This document shows, piece by piece, positions 1 to 6,736 of a stretch of DNA of 30,736 nucleotides (its first letter is position 1; every line of letters begins with the position of its first letter). Source of the stretch: a virus (lineage: Duplodnaviria > Caudoviricetes); IMG/VR virus record IMGVR_UViG_3300025647_000175, positions 1 to 30,736 of that record. One strand, given 5' to 3'. The notes beneath the pieces were generated by a model. That model worked only from the letters and a program-made list of their open reading frames with translations, did not search any database and had not been told where the DNA came from. The position numbers were made by a program, and so were the translations under genes.

Positions 1-979
1 TGCGCTCGGCGTCCTCATCGGTGGGGTTAATGAGTTTGGGCGATTTGGCGTTGCGGGCTTTGGTTTTCGCCTTGCTCGCCTTTGTAATCTCGGCCAATTC
101 TGCGAGCGATTCCGGGGTGGGCGGTGTGTAAACGCTTTCACCGAACCGCTGCACGTTGATAAGCAGGGTATTGCCGCGGCGTCGATAATCCCACCCTTCG
201 CCCTCTTGCTTTGGCGCGTGAACATTGACGGAAACAACCGCGCCTGTCGCGTTGGATTTGTTTACTTTGGTAATCAGGTGGCTCCCCAGCTTCCCGCCTG
301 GCTTCATTTCGACATCGCCAGCGCTCCCGCCTTCGTTGGCGAGCATGGCACGCTCATATTCGAGGCGCAAGTTAAAATGCGCATCCCATCGCGGCGAATG
401 CTTGCCCCATCGCCTCTGATCGGCCTCAAGCCTCAAAATGCGAAGGCGTCGAGTTCTGGCGTCTGATTTGTGCAGTGCGTGGCTGATCACGCCGGCGGTG
501 CGGTATTGCCAATACTCGGCCTTGGCCCATTGGCTGCAAGCCTTGCCGCCGATGCGGTCGCGTCTCGCTGCTGCGCGTTCGGCCTTGGCTGCGTTCTGGT
601 GGCCGTAGGCGTCCGGGCTGGCTTCGTAGGTGTCGGCGAAGCCGTGAGCCTCTGCGCGTCGTTTCTCGCGGTACATGGCGAAGCGTTCGGCGCGATCGGC
701 TGCGCGATCCTCTGGCGTTTCGTCTTCGTCGCCGATGTCGTCGCCGTCTGCGATCATCATAAATGCGGCATCTTCAGCGCGAGGCGACCACGTAGCTACA
801 AAGCTGCACGATTGCTTTGGTGTGGCTTTGTAGCCGATGGCGCGAAGCCAAAGAAACGTGCTGCGCTCGACTCGATCCGTATAAAGCCGGATTTTATTGT
901 CCTCTGGGCAGTACGTCGCGCTATAGCCTTCGTTGCATAGGTCTGTTTCGTCCGGTTTCATGGTTTCATCCTTGCCCAT
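1..979 (-). CDS. DUF3560-like protein, partial (runs off the window); absent from the ORF track
   Basis: Manual translation from ATG at 979 stays open to the window edge: MGKDETMKPDETDLCNEGYSATYCPEDNKIRLY...EDRAADRAERFAMYREKRRAEA...WAKAEYWQYRTAGVISHA...RILRLEADQRR...HFNLRLEYERAML...PKLINPTDEDAER. The ATYxPEDNKxRLY start and RAxxRAERF segment match my recollection of DUF3560-type phage/plasmid proteins. TTGAAGGGTAA motif upstream. Confidence 0.75.
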   Translation of the reverse strand, partial: MGKDETMKPDETDLCNEGYSATYCPEDNKIRLYTDRVERSTFLWLRAIGYKATPKQSCSFVATWSPRAEDAAFMMIADGDDIGDEDETPEDRAADRAERFAMYREKRRAEAHGFADTYEASPDAYGHQNAAKAERAAARRDRIGGKACSQWAKAEYWQYRTAGVISHALHKSDARTRRLRILRLEADQRRWGKHSPRWDAHFNLRLEYERAMLANEGGSAGDVEMKPGGKLGSHLITKVNKSNATGAVVSVNVHAPKQEGEGWDYRRRGNTLLINVQRFGESVYTPPTPESLAELAEITKASKAKTKARNAKSPKLINPTDEDAER

Positions 980-1069
980 CTGATTACCCTTCAATCTGAG
1001 CGTGATTAAACTGCGGCACGTTGCCGCGTGAAAGTCCCCGCAAGCCTGTTGAGGCGCGCGGGGAAAGTG

Positions 1070-1393
1070 TCAGTCGATAGGTTTGGTTTGCGATATATGA
1101 AACACGGTAGCGGTACGTGGTCGCGCGCCGCCTTTGCGCGTCACCTTGCCGGCCGCGTCGCGCTTCTCGTTGATAGGTATCCACGTTGTAACCTTTATGC
1201 CCTTCTCGCCCTTCTTCACGACGCGGCCAATCGCCTTCCATGCGTGAAACGTCAACACGTTGACGCGGGGTGTGATATCGTCCGGCGCGATACCCTTGTC
1301 CATGAATCCCGCGATTATCGCGGCATAGTTTGACGTTGACAGGTTGCCGCGAGCGCGGCTCAATGCCTCTTGCTGAATCTCGATAGTTGTCAT
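1070..1393 (-). CDS. ArdC-like N-terminal ssDNA-binding domain protein (stand-alone)
   Basis: Motifs TFHAWKAIGRVVKKGEKG and VFHISQT match the ArdC-N (DUF1738) signature. Start reassigned to ATG 1393, 4 nt after the motif at 1398-1408. Confidence 0.75.
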   Translation of the reverse strand: MTTIEIQQEALSRARGNLSTSNYAAIIAGFMDKGIAPDDITPRVNVLTFHAWKAIGRVVKKGEKGIKVTTWIPINEKRDAAGKVTRKGGARPRTATVFHISQTKPID

Positions 1394-1439
1394 TGCTTTA
1401 CCCTTCAATGATGGTGAGTTGTCCAGTCAATCCGATACC

Positions 1440-1467
1440 ATGTTACCATAATCGGAAACGTTGTCAA
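1440..1467 (-). promoter_or_regulatory. sigma70-like leftward promoter (internal)
   Basis: Minus strand TTGACA(1467-1462)-N16-TAACAT(1445-1440) with a TGn extended -10; homologous to the promoter at 3615-3642. Confidence 0.65.
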
Positions 1468-1473
1468 GTGGTG

Positions 1474-1824
1474 TTATGCGACGTAAACCAGCCCATCGTC
1501 GCCGATATACAGGCTTGATTTGCCCATATTTTGGCAAATCTCGGTAAGTTTATCGCCAATCTCTCCAAGTCCACGATCCCAGAAGCCTACGCCGTGGCCG
1601 TTGCGCGTAAGCCAAATATCGTGACCGATTTGGGCAAGGTCGATACCGTCGAGCAGGTCGCCGGCTGCATTCTCGAACCATTCAATATCGGCCTCCATCG
1701 ACGCGACGGCTTCCGGCGATATGTCGGCTGCGCTATGTTTTTTGTCGAGTGGTTCGCCGTCGTCATCGGATGATGACCATAAGGCGCATTCGATATAGCT
1801 CGATAGTGTTTTATTTCCATACAT
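1474..1824 (-). CDS. acidic hypothetical phage protein (GHDxWLTRNGHGxGFWD motif)
   Basis: ATG 1824 follows the motif at 1829-1839; 116 aa, about 22 D/E vs 7 K/R by hand count. Confidence 0.75.
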   Translation of the reverse strand: MYGNKTLSSYIECALWSSSDDDGEPLDKKHSAADISPEAVASMEADIEWFENAAGDLLDGIDLAQIGHDIWLTRNGHGVGFWDRGLGEIGDKLTEICQNMGKSSLYIGDDGLVYVA

Positions 1825-1915
1825 TTGATTACCCTTCAATGATGCGTTGCGAATCGCGCCACAATGGCGCTTGTAAAGGCGCGTCATGCCCGGTGAGGCA
1901 TGAGGCGCGAAGGTG

Positions 1916-2668
1916 TTAAATGCCTGCACCATGCTGCAAACCTACGGACTGGGCGCAATGTTCAGCCATTGCGATAGCCTCGGCCTTGCAATCATCCTCG
2001 CCGTAGAATCCCCAACATGATTCGAGCGTATCGCCTTCATCATCCTCGATGATGAACCCGTAAACGTCGCCGGTTAGGTATTGATCGTAGGTTTCAACTT
2101 CACCGCGCAGGTATCTTTCGGCCTTGTCCCGATCGCCTTGCCATTCGTCGGCGATTGTCTGCGGTGTTAAGTAAATGTAGCCGACCTGCCCGCTATCCCA
2201 GGGGCAGGAAAACGCGCCTACGCTCATGCTGATACCGCTATGGTCATAAAGATAAAGCGGGAGAATGACGTAACCGGCAGATTCGAGCGCATCAATGATG
2301 GACAGTTTGACGCCGTTGTTGAGCGCGTCTGATATGTAATCTTGCAGCATATCGCGCTTGTCTCCGCCATTGTCGCGCCAATATCGGTAGTAATCGGCGT
2401 AATCGTCTCGGCCATAGTCTGCGCGTATCGCTTCAATGGCAATGGCGCGGATGGCCTCATCGGTCATAGATTCTGCCGCATCGGTGAACAGGTCGGCGAA
2501 CAAGGCGTCGGGGTCGGCATGGTTGTGCTTATCGCCCAGGTCATACCGATTGTGCCAGCAAACCATAACGCCGGCGTTGTCCCAGTCTCGCGGGTTCATT
2601 GGATCATCATCGGACATAATCTTGACGGTGAGGCCGTGCGCGGTGAATTGATCGTGTTCGTAAGACAT
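1916..2668 (-). CDS. acidic conserved hypothetical protein (LYLYDHSG...CPWDSGQVG motif)
   Basis: ATG 2668 follows the motif at 2673-2683; 250 aa. LPLYLYDHSGISMS, WDSGQVGYIY and ESCWGFYG resemble a family I recall from phages and conjugative elements; function unknown. Confidence 0.75.
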   Translation of the reverse strand: MSYEHDQFTAHGLTVKIMSDDDPMNPRDWDNAGVMVCWHNRYDLGDKHNHADPDALFADLFTDAAESMTDEAIRAIAIEAIRADYGRDDYADYYRYWRDNGGDKRDMLQDYISDALNNGVKLSIIDALESAGYVILPLYLYDHSGISMSVGAFSCPWDSGQVGYIYLTPQTIADEWQGDRDKAERYLRGEVETYDQYLTGDVYGFIIEDDEGDTLESCWGFYGEDDCKAEAIAMAEHCAQSVGLQHGAGI

Positions 2669-2704
2669 TTGATTACCCTTCAATTGATGGTTGCGAATCA
2701 GTGA

Positions 2705-2875
2705 TTAGACGGTTTTGGGCTTGGCGTAGGTTATGACAGCACCATCGGACCACGAGACGGTTTTGATCGGAACAAGGCCAAGGTTTTCAAGGTGCTGTTT
2801 TTTGCGCTCAGCTTTCTTAATGCTTTCTTCGCTTGTCCAGTTAATAAACACGTCGTTTGGGTGTTCGTTTCGCAT
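2705..2875 (-). CDS. 56-aa hypothetical protein (below ORF-track cutoff)
   Basis: ATG 2875 lies 5 nt after the motif at 2881-2891; MRNEHPNDVFINWTSEESIKKAERKKQHLENLGLVPIKTVSWSDGAVITYAKPKTV, TAA at 2705-2707; fills the gap between neighbours. Confidence 0.7.
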   Translation of the reverse strand: MRNEHPNDVFINWTSEESIKKAERKKQHLENLGLVPIKTVSWSDGAVITYAKPKTV

Positions 2876-2956
2876 TTGTATTACCCTTCAAAAAGTGGTG
2901 GTGAGGCGGACAGTAAAGGCATGGCGAACCCGTTAAGGCGCGCCGTGCGATAGGTG

Positions 2957-3307
2957 TTATTCATCGTCGCCATAGTCGCCATACATATCGGTGAGCGCGT
3001 CTCGCGCTTCTGCCTCAGTCTCATACAAACTCCAGTCTGTACAATCCGTGTAACCGGGGGCGGACATGCGCGCCAAGTAACCCTCGGCAAGCTCGATCGA
3101 CACAATCTTGCCATCGACATAATCACGCAAGGTGTTGCATGCGTGAATAAACTCATTGGTTACTTCATCATCGTCCATGTAATCGCCAACGGCCTCAAGA
3201 CCGTCAATGACTCCGCAAACGTCGGAAGGCACGACAAACGATCCCCAATAATCTGTTTCGATAACGTATGCGAACCCCTGCTCAATCTGTTGTTGCATGA
3301 ATGACAT
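2957..3307 (-). CDS. highly acidic hypothetical protein (ARMSAPGYTDCTDW motif)
   Basis: ATG 3307 follows the motif at 3313-3323; 116 aa, about 27 D/E vs 4 K/R by hand count. Confidence 0.75.
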   Translation of the reverse strand: MSFMQQQIEQGFAYVIETDYWGSFVVPSDVCGVIDGLEAVGDYMDDDEVTNEFIHACNTLRDYVDGKIVSIELAEGYLARMSAPGYTDCTDWSLYETEAEARDALTDMYGDYGDDE

Positions 3308-3346
3308 TGTTTTTACCCTTCAAATAGTGGTGGATATTAACTGTGA

Positions 3347-3556
3347 TTAGACTTCAAATTCGCCATAACCGTCTCGCATAATGCGCTCAACGGTGGACCA
3401 TGCAAATTCGGCTTGATATGTTCCGCAGAATGATCCAACCGTAGCAAAGCGGTTAAGGCGGCCGGTCACTTTGCCCGGCTCACCGTTAATTGTGCAAATA
3501 TGGCCAGCGTAGTCATTGGCGATATCTTGCGTAGTTCGGTACGGCTTGTTTTTCAT
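3347..3556 (-). CDS. 69-aa hypothetical protein, first gene of the leftward array
   Basis: ATG 3556 follows the motif at 3561-3571 and lies directly downstream of the leftward promoter. Confidence 0.7.
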   Translation of the reverse strand: MKNKPYRTTQDIANDYAGHICTINGEPGKVTGRLNRFATVGSFCGTYQAEFAWSTVERIMRDGYGEFEV

Positions 3557-3614
3557 TGTATTACCCTTCAAATGACGGTGAATTGTTCAGCAATCACGTC
3601 GATTACATGCCCTA

Positions 3615-3673
3615 ATGATATCTTTATCGGCAACAGTGTCAAGGGGTGTTTAGATGTTTTTTTGTTTTTTTTT
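3615..3673 (-). promoter_or_regulatory. sigma70-like leftward promoter with upstream A-tracts (possible UP element)
   Basis: Minus strand TTGACA(3642-3637)-N16-TATCAT(3620-3615); plus-strand poly-T at about 3657-3673 gives A-tracts upstream of -35. Confidence 0.7.
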
Positions 3674-3696
3674 GATAGTGGGTGTAAATTGCACGT

Positions 3697-4251
3697 ATGG
3701 CGAAGCGTAAATACAAGCGGAAAACAAAGGTTAAAAGAAAAAAGGTAGAGGCTACTGGTGATAGCCTTGTGCGAAGGGATGAGAAGGGGAGGCTTCTACC
3801 TGGCTCTATTTGTAATCCAAAGGGCAACATGCATATCGCTAAGGTGAGCACGCTCAAGGCCGCCATGTATGACGCAATTGACGGCGACGACGTGCGACGC
3901 ATCATTACCGCATTGATCGTTAAGGCCGAGGCTGGCGACGTTGAGGCTGCTCGCCTTGTGCTCGATAGGACAATGGGCAAGGTTGAGCAAAAGATTGAAA
4001 TCGACGATGGCCCTAACCGCTCACTTGCCGAACTGCGCGCCGCTGTGCTCGCTCGTCTTGTCGATTCACCCCAATCCATCACGTCGATTATGGACCGCTT
4101 GCCGGAAGGCGACAAGCGCAACATGCTGAAACGTGTTGTGTCTAGTGTGTCGCCTTCCAGCGACGATACCGACAACGATATCAACGCACGACCTGCTACT
4201 AATATAGATAGCAGCGGTGACGATGATGATGGTGTACATATCGTGGATTGA
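3697..4251 (+). CDS. terS: putative terminase small subunit (DUF5681-like)
   Basis: RDEKGRLLPGSICNPKG and ALIVKAEAGDVEAARLVLDRTMGK motifs; lies upstream of TerL. Confidence 0.6.
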   Translation: MAKRKYKRKTKVKRKKVEATGDSLVRRDEKGRLLPGSICNPKGNMHIAKVSTLKAAMYDAIDGDDVRRIITALIVKAEAGDVEAARLVLDRTMGKVEQKIEIDDGPNRSLAELRAAVLARLVDSPQSITSIMDRLPEGDKRNMLKRVVSSVSPSSDDTDNDINARPATNIDSSGDDDDGVHIVD

Positions 4252-4452
4252 GGGGTGGCACCCCCCCAAGGGGCGTGAGGGTGTGTGTGTGTTATTCCCC
4301 CTCCCACATCTCGCCCGAAAATCAATTTATCGAATTAGACAACAGGGGTCGGATGGGTTATTTGGAGTCCCATGTTGGAGTCCCACAAAAAAACCACCCC
4401 ACGATTTTGATGTCGTGAGGTGGCTGTGCCGAAGATGGCGTGACTGGACTGG

Positions 4453-4653
4453 TTATTTTACTTTGTCGGTCTTTGGTGTCAACGCTTTGCCTGCGCTTTG
4501 TTTTTTTGGTTTGACGAGTGCTTGGTAGAAGCGTCCGTTGGCGTGGGTGAAGTTGCCGTGTGGTTCCCACCCTTGGTCGAGGAGTGTGGTAACTTCTTCT
4601 TCGAGGCGGTTTGTATTTGTGGCGGTGATGATTTTGTAGAGTTCGCGGTTCAT
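4453..4653 (-). CDS. DUF1737-like small protein
   Basis: ATG 4653 with CAGGAA upstream; YKII...LEEEVTTLLDQGWEPHG...FYQALVK matches the DUF1737 pattern. Confidence 0.65.
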   Translation of the reverse strand: MNRELYKIITATNTNRLEEEVTTLLDQGWEPHGNFTHANGRFYQALVKPKKQSAGKALTPKTDKVK

Positions 4654-5041
4654 GTGTGTTTCCTGTTCTGCGCTGTGCGCTAAGGGGTAAGGGATTGGGA
4701 GTGGATATACCGACCCCTTCGCGGGGGTACGGTAATTATACCGTGTGAGGTGTTTACCCAGCCTCACGTTTCACCCTGGGTGCGGTTCCGGATTATCCTG
4801 AGTAGTGTGTCGTCGCCGGCTCAGGCGGATGTTCCGCTTGCTCTACGTCTTATGCTTGGTGCTATCCCGGTTGTGCGGGCGCAGGTGCTTCGCGGCGTAG
4901 TGCGTGTGCGGGAATACAGTTCCTTCCAGCATGGAAACCGTCTTTGCCCGCAGGCCACGACGACGGCGACGTGAGTGCCGTGTTAGGTGGCTATTTCTGA
5001 TATGTGTGTGTGTTTCGTCACGGTCTTAGTATACTGCGGGC

Positions 5042-6529
5042 ATGAGCGAAGCGGAAGTCACAACAGAGGTCGAAGAAGAATTACTGCGCGAACTTGAGGC
5101 TTTGCTGGAAGCGGAGAGCAGGGATCAGATCGGTTCCATGTACGCGGGTACGGCGGAGAGCGGGCATGACGGTGGGCCGTACATTTGGCAGGAGCGTTTT
5201 CACGCTGCCGGCGCTGACAACTACCTCCGCTGCATCATGGCAGGCAACAGGTCTGGAAAGACGCGAACAGGAGCAGCAGAGGTCGGCGTTCACCTCACCG
5301 GCAGATACCCCGACTGGTGGAGGGGGAAGCGGTTTGATCGTGCGATCGAGTGTTGGGTTGGTTCGGAAACGAACGAAGCGTCCCGCGATATTGTGCAAAA
5401 AGCCCTTCTCGGCCCCGTAGGGCAGATCGGGACCGGCTGGATTCCCGCCGACGCGGTAGATGTGAAGGGTGTGCAGTACCGTCAGGCCGGTATTCCCGAC
5501 GTGGCCGACCTTGTGAGGGTGCGTCATGTGTCTGGTGGGTGGTCGGAATGCCAGTTTAAGACGTATGAGCAGGGTCGGCGGCGTTGGCAGGGTACGGCCA
5601 AAGACCTGATTTGGCTCGACGAGGAACCTCCGGCTGACATTTTCTCCGAAGCGATCACCCGCACACTGGACAAACAGGGCAGCACAATCCTCACCTTCAC
5701 GCCTCTGATGGGTATGGGCGAGGTGGTTATCAAGGTTTTGGGCGGTGGGGATGGTATCTACCTCGTCAATGCGTCGTGGGATGACTGCCCCCACCTCGAT
5801 GTGAAGGCCCAGGAGCAGTTGCTTGCAGCATATCCAGAGTACGAACGGGCGACGCGCAAGAGTGGTCAACCGATGTTGGGTGTGGGTGCGGTGTATCCGG
5901 TGCAGGATGAGGAGATTATCTGCGATCCGCTTGAGATTCCGAACTACTGGCGGCGTATCTGCGGCATTGACTTTGGCATCAACCACCCTGCGGCGGCGGT
6001 TTGGATCGCCCACGACGCGGATACAGACACGATTTACGTCTACGACGCCTATAAACAGGCGAATGAGGCGGTTCCATATCACGCCGCGGCAATCCGTCGG
6101 AGAGGTGATTGGATTCCCGTTGCATGGCCCCACGACGGCATGAACCGCGATAAGGGTAGCGGAGTGCAGTTGGCAGAGCAGTATCGTGAGTCGGGTGTGG
6201 ACATTTTGCCGTTCTCCGCCAGGTACGACGATGAGAAAGGCGGTGGCCAACCCAACGAGCCAGTGGTGAATGACATACTTGAGCGTATGCGAACTGGACG
6301 ATTTAAAGTCTTTCGCACCCTCAACGAGTGGTTTGAGGAGAAGCGCATGTACCACCGAAACGACCGTGGCGTGATCGTCCGAGAGCGTGACGATATCATG
6401 GCTGCGACCAACTACGCGGTGATGATGGTAAGGCACGCAATCAGCCAATCGAGCCATCAAAGCATGAAAAGGTTTGCTGGTGTGGAGCAAGAGCCTTATG
6501 ATGCACTCGGAAACTTCTTACGGAGATAA
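5042..6529 (+). CDS. terL: terminase large subunit
   Basis: Walker A AGNRSGKT, Walker B LIWLDEEPP, motif III TFTP, nuclease GIDFGINHP, C-terminal DDIMAATNYA. Confidence 0.95.
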   Translation: MSEAEVTTEVEEELLRELEALLEAESRDQIGSMYAGTAESGHDGGPYIWQERFHAAGADNYLRCIMAGNRSGKTRTGAAEVGVHLTGRYPDWWRGKRFDRAIECWVGSETNEASRDIVQKALLGPVGQIGTGWIPADAVDVKGVQYRQAGIPDVADLVRVRHVSGGWSECQFKTYEQGRRRWQGTAKDLIWLDEEPPADIFSEAITRTLDKQGSTILTFTPLMGMGEVVIKVLGGGDGIYLVNASWDDCPHLDVKAQEQLLAAYPEYERATRKSGQPMLGVGAVYPVQDEEIICDPLEIPNYWRRICGIDFGINHPAAAVWIAHDADTDTIYVYDAYKQANEAVPYHAAAIRRRGDWIPVAWPHDGMNRDKGSGVQLAEQYRESGVDILPFSARYDDEKGGGQPNEPVVNDILERMRTGRFKVFRTLNEWFEEKRMYHRNDRGVIVRERDDIMAATNYAVMMVRHAISQSSHQSMKRFAGVEQEPYDALGNFLRR

Positions 6530-6532
6530 GTC

Positions 6533-6736
6533 ATGGGCGGACTCTTTGGCGGCGGTGGCGGATCAAAAGCACCCCCACCCCCAACCCGATCGGCAGATGA
6601 AGTCGCGGCAGCGGAAGCCGCCGAACGTCGTCGCGCCGCAGGTGCGAAGGGGCGCAGCAGCACCATCCTCGGCGGCTCTCTGTCCAGCGACCTCGGTGAC
6701 GAGAATGTGAAACGAAAAACCCTTCTTGGCGGGTGA
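6533..6736 (+). CDS. small conserved virion-associated protein preceding portal
   Basis: GGAGA RBS; GRSSTIL...KTLLGG ending typical of the small pre-portal gene in podoviruses of this type; TGA overlaps portal ATG. Confidence 0.75.
   Translation: MGGLFGGGGGSKAPPPPTRSADEVAAAEAAERRRAAGAKGRSSTILGGSLSSDLGDENVKRKTLLGG

Larger units (their letters stand above)
984..3571 (-). repeat. seven exact copies of start-associated 11-mer TTGAAGGGTAA
   Basis: Plus-strand ttacccttcaa at 984-994, 1398-1408, 1829-1839, 2673-2683, 2881-2891, 3313-3323 and 3561-3571, each 4-5 nt upstream of an ATG. Confidence 0.95.

Noticed and set aside
206-999. Plus-strand ORFs 206-466, 225-419, 470-940, 817-999
   Set aside because: Explained as antisense to the continuous minus-strand DUF3560-like ORF starting at 979.
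980-2956. Spacers as true integron attC sites
   Set aside because: TAAC starts are present in some, but no complementary GTTRRRY end or R/L box pairing was found and there is no integron integrase in the window.
984-3571. Repeat array read as a CRISPR array
   Set aside because: Repeats are only 11 nt, spacing is irregular (about 200-850 nt), intervals are whole genes, and no cas genes are present.
1394-3571. ORF-track starts at 1408, 1932, 2683 and 3571
   Set aside because: The MKG starts are the TTG of the repeated motif itself and 1932 overlaps the upstream gene; the ATGs 4-5 nt downstream of the motif are the consistent starts.
5081-6490. 469-aa antisense ORF within terL
   Set aside because: Shadow frame of a GC-rich gene; no recognisable motifs.
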